A stretch of 64,000 nucleotides of DNA from Methanotrichaceae archaeon (lineage in GTDB: Archaea; Halobacteriota; Methanosarcinia; Methanotrichales; Methanotrichaceae), in assembly GCA_963813075.1 (NCBI GenBank), contig CAWEXU010000013.1:96001-160000 (forward strand). The letters are read 5' to 3'. The translations under genes were made by a program, and so were the position numbers. Under the pieces are notes generated by a model. It saw only the letters and a list, made by a program, of their open reading frames with translations, searched no databases and was not told where the DNA came from. Each line of letters begins with the position of its first letter. Within the stretch, counting starts at the first letter, position 1. This document shows positions 30,112-40,424 of the stretch, piece by piece.

Positions 30112-31743
30112 CCCACATTCCGCACTTCGTATAAAATAATCCAAGAAATAGCCTGTGATTAAAATAGGAAAGATTATTTAATAGCAGCTACAGCTTCTTC
30201 CTAGAAGGGAAGCAGCATGGAGATGGATGTCCAATCTTACTTGATAGGCCACCTTGGCATTGTAGCAGGCTCATTCGATGCATTGAATCTCGTGGATGTA
30301 ATTGATCGGGTTCTTCCAAAGAGAGGCTCGCGAAATCTTCCCCATTCAGTAATTATTAAAGCTATGATCCTGAATGGCTTGGGTTATACCGGTCAGCGGC
30401 TTTACCTCTTTCCTAACTTTTTCAAGACAATCCCTACCGAAAAGCTTCTTGGCAAAGGAATTTGTCCGACTGACCTCAATGATGATGTTGTTGGCAGGAC
30501 ACTCGATGCGATCTACAAATACGGTGCTACCGAGCTTTTCAATGAGATATCTTTGCACATCATGAAACAATTTTCCTTTGGAACTCAACTGCTCCATGTA
30601 GACACAACAAACTTCGGAGTTTATGGAAAATATAAAAATGATGCCCCCGACAGTACTGATTCTATCAAAATTACTTTCGGCCATGCCAAAGACGGTAGAA
30701 TGGATCTAAAGAGGTTTGTCCTCGGCATGGTTACAAATCAGTTTGGCTTGCCTCTCTTCACTGAAGCTTACTCTGGAAACAAATCTGATAAGAAAAGCTT
30801 AATGGAGATGATACAAAAAACGCAACAAGCGATCGATTTCGACGATGATAATCTTTGGGTCGCTGACAGCGCTTTGTATACTGAAGAAAATATTAAACTT
30901 ATGGGTACAGAAACAAAATGGATTACGCATATGCCTGCTACGGTTGCAGAAGCTCAAGAGCTCCTCAACTCCAACTTAAATATGATTCCTGGCAGCGATC
31001 CACGATACGCTTTTTATGCTACTGATATCAATTACGGCGGCGTCCCTCAGCGTGCAGTTGTTGTTTGGTCTAAAGAAATGAACGAGAGGAATGAAAAGAC
31101 ATTTGAGAGAAAAATTGAAAAAGAAACTATAGACGCAGGAAGAGCTCTCAAAAAGCTAATGAGAAAGAAATTTGCATGCATACCGGACGCTGATAATGAT
31201 TTAAGATTATGGCAATCATCACATCCACATCATCTCCTCGATAATGTGCAGATTGTGCCTGTTATGGAAAAAGCAGAAAAAGAAACGAGGACGGCCGAAA
31301 AAAGATGAGCTTTTAACTGCGAGCTATATGATTCAGGGAGAGATCAAATTAAATGAAGAAGCTATAATCGAAGCTCGCAAGAACTTAGGTCGATTCGTTT
31401 TAGCCAGTAATCAGGTCGATCTTGATCCCGAGGTTATGCTAAATTATTATAAAGGACAGCAAGCGGTGGAACGTGGATTCAGATTCTTGAAGGATAAAAG
31501 TTTCCATGTCTCAGAGGTCTATCTCAAAAAAGAAGAGAGAATAGAAGCACTTTGCATGATTATGGTATTAAGTCTTCTAATATATTCATTTGCTGAATGG
31601 AAGCTCAGGCAAGAACTCAAGAAAACCGGCCAGACTGTGCCCAATCAGCTAAATAAACCAACACAGCGACCCACAATGCGCTGGGTCTTTGAGATTTTTA
31701 TGGGCGTGATTGCATCGGCTATTATGGATGGTGAAACAATCAT
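30112..31743 (+). mobile_element. IS1634-family insertion sequence, right end missing
   Basis: Left end CCCACATTCCGCAC; TTCCAC direct repeats at 30106-30111 and 31744-31749; no complementary right IR seen. Confidence 0.85.
30217..31743 (+). CDS. IS1634-family DDE transposase, frameshift near 31275 and 3'-truncated
   Basis: HLGIVAG, MILNGLG, LNDD..GRTLD, HVDTT, FGHAKDGR.DLK, VADSALY, YKGQQAVERGFRFLK, PTMRWVF. Confidence 0.9.
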
Positions 31744-32074
31744 TTCCACCCTGCATCGATCTCTTTGTGTGCACCAGTCCCTCTTTCTCTAGCCTGCGAA
31801 TGGACCCGTGCACTCTGCCGCTCGACCAATGCATCTCTTTGGCCAACCCATACACACTCTGGCCGGGATTCTTATCGATTACTTTATAAAGCTCATAATC
31901 GGTATCAAGTCCCTCTGTAATTCTTGCATCAATTGCTTCCTTGGGCATCCTTGCTGTAGAAGTGCTCACCAATCAGTCTCCTTTGTACTGGTTCGTCATA
32001 TAAGGACTGTGCAATCAATCTATAAATACTTATATAATTCGTTTCATCTTAACTGAGCAAAAATTTTCCGTTTC

Positions 32075-32842
32075 TCAAGTTCTTCTGTTGAGAGTTTCCA
32101 GATCTGACCAAATGCGACCAGAAAGATAATCCGGAAATGAATAAATACCAGTCACCTGCAAATAACATCTATCCGGGTATTTAGCCAATTTCGAGCTGAA
32201 AACCAATCCTTAGGATGATCTCAGATTTTTGCAGATCTTCTGTAACAGATTGAGCTGCATTGCCTTGAGTCAATTTTTCTCTAAAGCATAAATGGTCAAG
32301 GTAGTACCTAAAAGTCAAATCGGTTATAGGTAATCGATATAATGCCTTGCAGGAATCTTTGTAATACCAATCGATATTCTAAATTACCAAATTGCTTCCC
32401 ATAATGTACTCCAATAATTTCTGGATGTGCTATCGTTCCTAATGATCGCTTCCTTCACCTCTACCAACATACCAGCCGCTTGTCCAGCCAGTCGATTTGT
32501 GTACTGTTGCACCGAAAATCTTATCAACGCTCTTATCACAGATTCTTAATAAAAAGGATCTTTTTTGCTCTAAATTTAATAACCCTAAGTATATGCAATA
32601 ATTCGGGGATGCCAGCCAGTCTTCTGTGTGAGGTGGGCAAGATCTTGCATCAGGCTCCACAAAATTGAAATCTACGATGGAAAAAGGACGAATTATCGTT
32701 ATTATACTTTCTTTAAGATAATTTTTCGTTAACTTTTCGTCAATTATTGGGCGCACACATCTCCATCTTGAAGATAACCCGCAATGCATATTCTATTTTG
32801 GCTCATTTGAGTTAAATCGGTGATAACTAACGGTTTCTTCAT
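32075..32842 (-). CDS. Dual-OB-fold-like protein, several frameshifts
   Basis: Stitched translation MKKPLVITDLTQMSQNRICIAG..RCVRP..IRPFSIVDF..PPHTED..RSLGTI..YRLPITDL..LRIG..CYLQVTGIYSFPDYL. Confidence 0.65.
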
Positions 32843-32859
32843 GTTAATCAAAAATGTAT

Positions 32860-33299
32860 TTATATAATATGTTTGATTTCAATGTTATGCCAATGTCTTC
32901 CTAATCTCTCAGCCACAAGTCTCCTATGACATTTTTCTGGTGTGGCCTCACTGCACAGCAAACAGCAATTCTTTTCCTCGAACAAGCGCTTATCTAATGA
33001 ATTTGGAATATTTCTTTCATCCATTAATTCTTCAAATCGAGTAGCGTATTTGCTCCAATCTTATCATCTCGATACATAGATAATATCTCATCCGTCGGTG
33101 CTAACATTTTTAAATGATGATATTCGCAATTAAGTAGTTTAGAAAGGAAAAAAGATAAATCATCCTTTTTGGCAAATCCAGCAAGCTGACCCTGTGGATT
33201 TAGCCTGATATCCAGCAAGCGTTCTATATGATTTTCGTTCAACAAGTTAAAGAATCGTTCTGCCGATTTTTTGGTAAATCCTATTGTGCAGAGTTTCAT
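32860..33299 (-). CDS. DUF488-family protein, frameshift near 33060
   Basis: TIGFTKKSAERFF, LLDIRL...QLAGFAK, LAPT; C-terminus LLCSEATPEKCHRRLVAE in the shifted frame. Confidence 0.85.
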
Positions 33300-33303
33300 G
33301 GAT

Positions 33304-33876
33304 TTACACCGTTACAGCATAATCCCCAAGTCTATATTGGACCGGTTGTTTTTTCTTTTTAATAAGCGAGATTTCAGTCTCAAGAACACCAATGCCTCGA
33401 ATGTGGCTAATGGTTATTCCCAATTCTATCAAGGTCTTAGTGATCAAGTATTTTCTATGACAACGATTTGGATTTTCCTCACTGCAAAGTATCGCTGTCT
33501 TATGATCCCTAGCGATATCTATAAGCTGTTGAATCCCTTGCTTATAAAAATCGCGTTTAGCAACTTCGTTATAATCGACTAATTCCAAATAATTCGCTTT
33601 TCCTTCTGGCAAAGTTCCATTCTTATAGCATGTAGGATCTTTTGGACGACCACCCAGACAGGATCCGAGGAATTTGTAATTGATTCCATAGCTGGTTAAG
33701 GTTTCAGATAGCGTTTTTTGATTAAATTGCGGAACAAATCGGCTATATGGAAAACTTCGCACATCCACTAGGGTATCAATTTGATACTTCCTTAGTAAAC
33801 TTATAAATTCTTGATCTGTCCTATTGCTGTGGCCTATTGTGTATATTTCCATTTGTTGAATTTTAGCAGCCATCAT
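33304..33876 (-). CDS. DUF488-family protein
   Basis: IYTIGHSN, LVDVRSFPYSR..PQFN, LGGRP, LCSEENPNRCHR, HIRG. Confidence 0.9.
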   Translation of the reverse strand: MMAAKIQQMEIYTIGHSNRTDQEFISLLRKYQIDTLVDVRSFPYSRFVPQFNQKTLSETLTSYGINYKFLGSCLGGRPKDPTCYKNGTLPEGKANYLELVDYNEVAKRDFYKQGIQQLIDIARDHKTAILCSEENPNRCHRKYLITKTLIELGITISHIRGIGVLETEISLIKKKKQPVQYRLGDYAVTV

Positions 33877-34036
33877 GCCTAAACACCAGCAAATTGTATC
33901 TTATCTCTCCTTATTGATAAAGATACACTATAACAAGAGAAATGGACCAAGTAAATCGCGCAACAACCTGCGAGTTGTGATGTTTTACTTATTTTAAAAG
34001 TTAAGAATACATCTCTACGTTATTCCAGCTAAGGCT

Positions 34037-34495
34037 ATCATTTCCCACCCGGGGCACATAAGCCTGATAGCTCTTCTTGACATCCTCAGCATCTATATGA
34101 TAGTATTCATCGATTCCTCCATGGCATCTCCTCGGGTCCACTTCACATGATCTCGACTCATCCCGGCCCGGAGCAGGTGGGATTACCAGCCAGTGCCTGC
34201 AGCAGTACGGAGTGAGCCGATCGGCCAGTCTCTCCGAGGCCGAATTACAGCCCGACGCGAGCGGCATGCTTCCTGGTGCTAATAAACAGAGCTAATCTGT
34301 CACGTATATCCGGCTTGCCAAATAGGCATGTAGCATCCACGTCATCTTGTGGTCGAAAGAGCTGCCTATCACTTTTCTTTGCGGTGGCTTCAGGACCAGG
34401 GACATGTCTTGCATATCTAAGTCACTCACATCCAATTTTAAGGAGTAGACTAGAAACGCTTTATAACGGTTATGCAAGATGGAATTGATTAGCAT
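34037..34495 (-). pseudogene. Degenerate tyrosine recombinase/integrase C-terminal remnant
   Basis: Multi-frame pieces LDVSDLDM..LKP, RLTPYCCRHW, HLLRAGMSRDHVKW.RGD, YYHIDAEDVKKSY resemble the HxxRH and terminal Tyr region of Methanosarcinales XerC-like integrases. Confidence 0.65.
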
Positions 34496-34628
34496 GCTGC
34501 CAGATCCGCCTCAGACAAATTGGTTTACACTGTGACAGATCCCGCCTCGCCAGGTCTTCCCCATCAAAGCCGGGTCAAAGCATAAAATAATAATACCAGT
34601 ATGCCCTTCTATTATTGGTGAACTTCCT

Positions 34629-35645
34629 TTGCACTTAAGCGAGTCCAGAACCATCTGGTGGGACGAAGGCCTCTGGCTTATCGATCAGACCCAGCTTCCC
34701 GAGAAGCTTGTTCCCCTGAAAATCGAGAGCATAAAGCAGCTGGTGGCCGCCATAAAGTCGCTGTCCGTCCGTGGTGCCCCAGCTCTTGGGGCCGCCGGGG
34801 CCTACGGCATCGCTCTGGCCGCAGAGAAATCCCACGCCAGCAACGCTTTTGATATGATCGACGAGCTGGAATTGGCCGCCGATATGATCCGCAGCTCCCG
34901 ACCCACGGCGATCAACCTCTCCTGGGGGGTGGACAGAGCCCTGAAGGAGGCCAGAGAGGGAGTGAGCACGGAGGAGATCCGCGAGGCAGCGCTGCGATCG
35001 GCAGAGGGGATCGCTGAAGAGGACATCAGGGTCAATCGAGCCCTAGGAAAGAACGGTGCAAGGCTTTTGGAGGACGGGGACACCATTCTCACCCACTGCA
35101 ATGCCGGCAGGCTGGCCTGCGTGGGCTGGGGAACCGCTCTGGGAGTGGTGCGCTCGGCGGTCGAATTGGGAAAGAATATCCGGGTATTCGCCTGCGAGAC
35201 CAGGCCTCTGCATCAGGGCTCCCGTCTGACCGCCTGGGAGCTGATGGAGGACAAAATCCCGGTAACCCTGATCTGCGAGAGCATGTCCGGCAGCCTGATG
35301 CGTAAAGGTAAGATCGATAAGGTCATCGTGGGGGCGGACCGGATCACCAGGGATGCGGTCTTCAATAAGATCGGCACCTACAATCATGCTGTCCTGGCCA
35401 AATACCACAAGGTGCCCTTCTATGTGGCCGCGCCCCTCTCCACCTTCGACCGTACAAACGACGAGGAGGACATCATAATAGAGGAACGGGACCCTGAGGA
35501 GATCTGCACCCTGGGTGGAGTGCGTCTCGCCCCCCTGGGGGTCAACGTCTACAACCCGGCATTCGATGCCACTCCCCTGGAGCTGATCTCTGCCTTGATA
35601 ACCGAGAAGGGCGTCTTTCGGCCGCCGCTCATGCCTCCAATATAG
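34629..35645 (+). CDS. mtnA: S-methyl-5-thioribose-1-phosphate isomerase
   Basis: IDQTQLP, VRGAPALG, SRPTAINL, THCNAG, ETRP..QGSRLTAWEL, NKIGTY, NPAFD. Confidence 0.93.
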   Translation: MHLSESRTIWWDEGLWLIDQTQLPEKLVPLKIESIKQLVAAIKSLSVRGAPALGAAGAYGIALAAEKSHASNAFDMIDELELAADMIRSSRPTAINLSWGVDRALKEAREGVSTEEIREAALRSAEGIAEEDIRVNRALGKNGARLLEDGDTILTHCNAGRLACVGWGTALGVVRSAVELGKNIRVFACETRPLHQGSRLTAWELMEDKIPVTLICESMSGSLMRKGKIDKVIVGADRITRDAVFNKIGTYNHAVLAKYHKVPFYVAAPLSTFDRTNDEEDIIIEERDPEEICTLGGVRLAPLGVNVYNPAFDATPLELISALITEKGVFRPPLMPPI

Positions 35646-35651
35646 ATTCAT

Positions 35652-35723
35652 GGATATCTGATTGGATACCTCATATACCGATAGGAGACCTGATCGGATA
35701 CCTGATCGGATACCTGATCGGAT
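35652..35723. repeat. 12-bp tandem repeat GGATACCTGATC (3 near-perfect plus degenerate copies)
   Basis: ggagacctgatc ggatacctgatc ggatacctgatc ggat. Confidence 0.75.
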
Positions 35724-35777
35724 TGAAAGCCCTCTTTTTACAGAAAGGTAGTTTAAGATAAAAGAGAATCCATTCTT

Positions 35778-36546
35778 ATGGATGCAGAAATCGCAGTCAT
35801 CGGCGGAGTGGGCTTCACCTTAGAGGGGGTAGCAGATGAGGTGGACACGGCCTATGGTCCCGTCCCTGCTGTTCGCAGCCGGATAAAAAGCCAGAGGCTG
35901 GCCTTCATCCCCCGCCACGGCAATGGCCACCCTCCCCCTCATAAGATCAACTACCGGGCCATCATCTCTGCAGTCAAGAAGATCGGCGCTCAATGGGTCA
36001 TATCGGTCAATAGCGTGGGAGGGATGGCATCTCAGCCCGTGGGGAGCATATTCCTGCCCAATGACTTCGTCGAGTTCACCAAATGCCGGCCCAACACATT
36101 CTATGAGGACCGGGCAGTGCATATAGGCCTGAAGGAACCCTACTGCCCAAGTCTTCGAGGCCATCTTTCTTCAGCAGCGCAGTCGCTTGATCTGAAGATA
36201 TCGGAAGGGGTCTACGTCTGCGCTGAAGGCCCCCACCTGGAGTCGCCCGCCCAGATCAGAATGATGCGCCAGTTCGGGAATGTGGTGGGTATGACCGGCT
36301 ATCCGGAGGTGGTCCTGGCCAGAGAGGCAGAGCTATGTTATGCCTCCATCTGCATCAGTCACCAATCCCGCCGCCGGAATGGAGGAATCGGAGAGCTTTT
36401 CCGCCAGCGATATCCCTGGGCGGATGAAAAAGTGCCACCAGGATGTCAGGGAGATGATATATCAGGCAGCTATAAAAATGGACGAAAAACTGGGTGAAAA
36501 TAGATCCTGCCATTGCAGAGAATCCCTATCGGGAGCCACTCTATAA
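35778..36546 (+). CDS. MTAP/MTIP-family purine nucleoside phosphorylase, frameshift near 36355
   Basis: PRHG..H.PPH.INYRA, EGP..ES.A, VVGMTGYPEVVLARE; VTNPAAG in the shifted frame; adjacent to mtnA. Confidence 0.88.
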
Positions 36547-36594
36547 AGGTGGCTCCCCGCGGGCCTTGCCCAGAAAAAAGGCCGTTTGATAAGC

Positions 36595-36990
36595 TCACAT
36601 CACCTCGACCTGAACACTCCCCTGCCCGGTCCTGCCGCTCTCGTCCATTGCCTTGAGGATGATGATATGTCCTCCTTTTTCCAGGTCGGCTGGATTCAGC
36701 TCGAACGACTTGGTGCTAGACAGCTTTCCATCGATGCTCGAGCTCCATTCGTAGCTCAGATCTCCTTTGCCCCCTTCTGCAGAACCGTCAAAGCTCATAT
36801 CCTCATCTCCCTGGATGATCTGTCCCGCACCTGGTGAGGTGATGGTCACTTTTATCTCCTCAGAGCTGTCGGCTTCTGCCGGCGAGGCTCCAGCACTTTC
36901 TTTCGCAGAATCGTCGCCACTGTCTCCCTGCTCCATGCACCCTGCGGATAGAAGGGCAAGGAATGTTGCCAGTATGATTATCAGCTTCAT
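36595..36990 (-). CDS. Putative lipoprotein with Ig/PKD-like domain
   Basis: LLSAGC lipobox-like motif; VTITSP, YEWSSSIDG.L, G.H.I.L. Confidence 0.7.
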   Translation of the reverse strand: MKLIIILATFLALLSAGCMEQGDSGDDSAKESAGASPAEADSSEEIKVTITSPGAGQIIQGDEDMSFDGSAEGGKGDLSYEWSSSIDGKLSSTKSFELNPADLEKGGHIIILKAMDESGRTGQGSVQVEVM

Positions 36991-37093
36991 GGAATGAATG
37001 GGTGCCATTAATAGAATATATCTTCTCCTATAGAAAATATCTTTATTAGAATAAAAGCAAAGCTAACCATACTGCAGGTTGAGAAATTCTCCG

Positions 37094-37131
37094 GCTAGCG
37101 CCCTTCCCACAGGGCAGGAAAGGCGCTTAGC
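37094..37131. terminator. Strong hairpin downstream of rps3ae
   Basis: GCTAGCGCCCTTCC...GGAAAGGCGCTTAGC. Confidence 0.35.
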
Positions 37132-37209
37132 TGATGCAGAACGATCCTTGAATCAACGATGGGCATAACTAATGGACATCGGATGATTCCAATGGGCTGG
37201 CCGTAAGGC

Positions 37210-37842
37210 TTATGATGCCGATGGCGCAGCGGGCGGGACCGGCTCAGGCGCTGAGATTATGCTGGGCTCAGTTCTGATCTCCGTCTTTCGCACCTCTACC
37301 CTCCGCAGGGGGTAGATCATTTTCGCTTCCTTATAGATATCCAGTGAGATCTTTCCTCCCACCACATCCTGGATCAACTGGTTCAGGTCCAGGTTCTTTG
37401 ACCTCTCCAAAACCACTGTCTTTGAGAGATCTCTTATGGATTTGACCTGGTTAGCCCGTGCTCTCTTAACTGTAAAGCAGCTGGGCTTGATCCTGACAGT
37501 GTAGCCATCTGTGGTGGTTACATCGACTATGGAATCGATGCGAGAGGTCCTTCTCTTGACCAGTGAGCGCACATAATCTGTGGTCATCTCATGGCCCAGG
37601 AACTTGGTGTATGCCGAGTCGCCGGCCACACGGTCCACTCTGAACTTGAGCTTGGTATTCTGCTTGGAGAAGTTGTTTGTTAGGTCTCCCAGGGTGGTCT
37701 CAATGATCCTTCCCACAATCCTCTCTGGATCGTTGGCGATCGTCTCCCCAAAGGGAACCCTGCCGAACATCTCCGGACTTACAACCTTATACCATTGTTT
37801 GGCCTTTCTGCTATCAGCCTTTCTTTGTGATCTTCTAGCCAA
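37210..37842 (-). CDS. rps3ae: 30S ribosomal protein S3Ae (eS1)
   Basis: KQWYKVVSPEMFG, GRIIETTLGDLT, DYVRSLVKRRTSRID, IYPLRRVEVRK; GGAGG RBS, TTG start. Confidence 0.96.
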   Translation of the reverse strand: MARRSQRKADSRKAKQWYKVVSPEMFGRVPFGETIANDPERIVGRIIETTLGDLTNNFSKQNTKLKFRVDRVAGDSAYTKFLGHEMTTDYVRSLVKRRTSRIDSIVDVTTTDGYTVRIKPSCFTVKRARANQVKSIRDLSKTVVLERSKNLDLNQLIQDVVGGKISLDIYKEAKMIYPLRRVEVRKTEIRTEPSIISAPEPVPPAAPSAS

Positions 37843-38015
37843 TAAACATCCTCCGAGGTAATATTAATCCGAGCTTCGTTCAAGCTCACTGTATTTAAAC
37901 CGATCGCCCAAAAAAAATGCCCTGATCCTCTGGCAGTGACTGCGCCTGAATAATAAAAAAGGCAGCACTTCTTTATATCCGGGTGGTCTCTTGATGCGAT
38001 TACAGCTGTTTTCTT

Positions 38016-38291
38016 TCATTCAACGATCTCTATCTGAAACGATCTCTCTTCTGAAGATTTGCTCTCCCACGGCCTTTTGTGGACCATGATAATCTCGGTC
38101 AAACCAGTCTTGACCGGAACAAAGGTGAATATTTCTATTCCGCCAGAGCCAACGGATTTTGCATCGGATGCTTTGAAATCCTTTTTCTTCAAATCCAGAT
38201 AAGCGCTGTCAAATACCGCCTCCCAGACGTATCCCGTGGTAGGATTAGACTCCAGCGACAAATTGAATTCCACATTCAGGCTCGCATTCAT
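38016..38291 (-). CDS. Chagasin-family (I42) cysteine protease inhibitor
   Basis: NPTTGY.W, GSGG and RPWE loops. Confidence 0.9.
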   Translation of the reverse strand: MNASLNVEFNLSLESNPTTGYVWEAVFDSAYLDLKKKDFKASDAKSVGSGGIEIFTFVPVKTGLTEIIMVHKRPWESKSSEERSFQIEIVE

Positions 38292-38332
38292 TGCATCACC
38301 AGGAATGAATATAAAAAAGAATGGACTTTCGA

Positions 38333-39244
38333 CTATTTATACTCAAACTGCCCGGTCTCAATCCAGGTTCCTTTAATGAGCGTCCACCAGTCATCTGCCT
38401 GCCCCGTCAGGACATAGTCATATGGAAGCCATCCATAACCCCCGTCGCCCCAGGATTCTCCCCAGGAGTTTCTTATGAGGAGAGCACCCGTGGTCTCGGT
38501 GCCGCAATTGGTGTTCTTGATCTTCATCTTATCGTCATAGCCCATGGCAACTATGGCATGGCCGCCCATAACATCCTCGTTCTTGCAGGGATAGGGGATC
38601 TTGCCGGTGGTTGCTGCCTGGCTGATTGAGTCGTAGACGGTGAATCCGAAGATCGCCGGAATTCCTGCCGCTATATTCGCTTTGATGCTGGAAAGAAGCT
38701 TGGTGGGCGAGATTCCGGGCGGGTCCAGGTTCACATACTTGAGGGCTTTGTAGTTCTCTGCAAAGCCGAAGAGAAAGGCGGAGGGCTCTTCATCGAATCT
38801 GGAAATATCATACGGCCAGTATTTCTCCGGCGGGACACCAAACAGCACCATCGCTCCCATGGTCGTGCGCAGATAAGCACCCGTGTCTCCTGTCTCTTGC
38901 ATCAAGTTTCTCGTCACCTTGTAAAGAAACAGCCTGGAAGCATCGATGTGCTCTCCGAATGCCCTTCTCTCGAAATACTCAAAGACCCCAACACCGGCAT
39001 TTGCAGTGCATGACCCCAACTCTCCCTGATCCTCTATGGGGGAGAACCATTTTTTGAGATCAACCGATGCGGGCAGAGTGGAGGCCGCTGCCTTGGAGAG
39101 CTTAAGCGGACCTAGAATATCAGCTATCTCGCTGGTCTGGATGGTATAGTCCCTCAAGTCAGGAAGCTCGGGGCGCCAGCCCATTCCTTTCGTCTTCTCG
39201 CCTTCCTTTGATTCCAACCCCAAATCTTTTAATAGTATAGACAT
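38333..39244 (-). CDS. Papain-like C1-family cysteine peptidase
   Basis: DQGELGSCTANA (Gln, Cys), GGHAI (His), RNSWG (Asn); no signal peptide. Confidence 0.92.
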   Translation of the reverse strand: MSILLKDLGLESKEGEKTKGMGWRPELPDLRDYTIQTSEIADILGPLKLSKAAASTLPASVDLKKWFSPIEDQGELGSCTANAGVGVFEYFERRAFGEHIDASRLFLYKVTRNLMQETGDTGAYLRTTMGAMVLFGVPPEKYWPYDISRFDEEPSAFLFGFAENYKALKYVNLDPPGISPTKLLSSIKANIAAGIPAIFGFTVYDSISQAATTGKIPYPCKNEDVMGGHAIVAMGYDDKMKIKNTNCGTETTGALLIRNSWGESWGDGGYGWLPYDYVLTGQADDWWTLIKGTWIETGQFEYK

Positions 39245-39390
39245 TAACCTTCACCACTGTATAGTCTGCTAAGCTCTAATGGTCCTTTTCCTGCCATCTG
39301 CGGAGGGATACATCTGTTAATAATTTTTTATTTATCCAGCCATTTTTGGTATTTAGATATTATCACTTATTACTATTTAAATATTTCGAA

Positions 39391-39455
39391 GTGTAGGGAT
39401 GGCTGTGTAGGGATGACTGTGTAGGGATGACTGTGCAGGGATGGCTGATAGGGAT
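39391..39455. repeat. 14-bp tandem repeat GTGTAGGGATG(G/A)CT x4 plus partial copy
   Basis: Direct reading; no spacers between units. Confidence 0.85.
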
Positions 39456-39509
39456 AAGCAATGGTCGTGGCTGAGAAATTATATATCGCTTCCAGCCATA
39501 TCATCCTTG

Positions 39510-40406
39510 ATGGCCTACTATGATACTGTCCGGCGCACTCTGATAATGATATTTGCGCTAAACATAACCGTCGCCATTTTAAAAGGCGGCTATGGCCTTC
39601 TCACCAATTCCCTGAGCATGAGTGCGGACGGTCTGCATTCCCTCTTCGACAGCAGCTCCAACATTATCGGACTGGTGGGAATCTCCCTGGCCTCCCGCCC
39701 TCCGGACAGAGAGCATCCATACGGCCATGCCAAGTTCGAGACCTTTGCCTCGGTGGGCATCGCCGTTCTGCTCTTCGCCACCTGCTTTCAACTGATTATT
39801 GAGGCCATTGATCGCTTCCAAAACCCTTCCCTCCCCCAGGTGACCGAGCTTTCCTTTGCCATCATGGCGGTAACGCTGATCATCAACATTGCCGTCTCAG
39901 GATATGAGAATAAGATGGGAAATAGGCTAAAGAGCAGCATTCTGGTTGCTGACTCCAGGCACACCAGAAGCGACATCTTTGCCTCTGCAGGAGTAGTCTT
40001 GGGATTCGTGGCCATAAAGATGGGCTATCCCCAGGCCGATCCGGCGGCAACGCTTTTTGTCTGCGGTCTGATCATTATTACCGGCCTGGAAATCATAAGG
40101 GACAGCTCCAAAGTATTGCTGGACAGAGCGGTAATCAATGACAGGGTAATTGTCGATCTGGCCGGATCAGTAGATGGGGTCAACTCCTGCCATAACATCC
40201 GAACGCGCGGCCCGGCAGGAGAGGTGTATATGGATCTGCATATCGGTGTTGACCCGTCACTGTCCATGGATAGAGCTCATGAGGTGGGCAAAGCGGTCGA
40301 GCTGACGATAAAAAGCAGCATAGAAGGGGTCAGAGATGTGGTGGTGCACCTTGAGCCCTGGGATGAAGCCGGCCGTAAAAGAGATGAAAAACATATCAAT
40401 GGATGA
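39510..40406 (+). CDS. Cation diffusion facilitator (FieF-like)
   Basis: ADGLHSLFD, HPYGHAKFE, ADSRHTRSD, VVHLEP. Confidence 0.92.
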   Translation: MAYYDTVRRTLIMIFALNITVAILKGGYGLLTNSLSMSADGLHSLFDSSSNIIGLVGISLASRPPDREHPYGHAKFETFASVGIAVLLFATCFQLIIEAIDRFQNPSLPQVTELSFAIMAVTLIINIAVSGYENKMGNRLKSSILVADSRHTRSDIFASAGVVLGFVAIKMGYPQADPAATLFVCGLIIITGLEIIRDSSKVLLDRAVINDRVIVDLAGSVDGVNSCHNIRTRGPAGEVYMDLHIGVDPSLSMDRAHEVGKAVELTIKSSIEGVRDVVVHLEPWDEAGRKRDEKHING

Positions 40407-40424
40407 ATTATTGAGGATGAGCAA

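Larger units (their letters stand above)
30020..31972 (-). pseudogene. Winged-HTH gene split by the IS1634 insertion (5' part 31744-31972, 3' part 30020-30111)
   Basis: Removing the IS and one TTCCAC copy restores ...RSMQGG|RSVLKIFGADWSEFFTEEELQEFQKQDI* in frame. Confidence 0.8.

Noticed and set aside
31260..31310. Programmed ribosomal frameshift in the IS1634 transposase
   Set aside because: This family normally has a single ORF, and the break lies in an A-rich run in a window full of indels
39391..39455. Possible CRISPR array
   Set aside because: 14-bp units are directly adjacent with no unique spacers, and no cas genes are in the window
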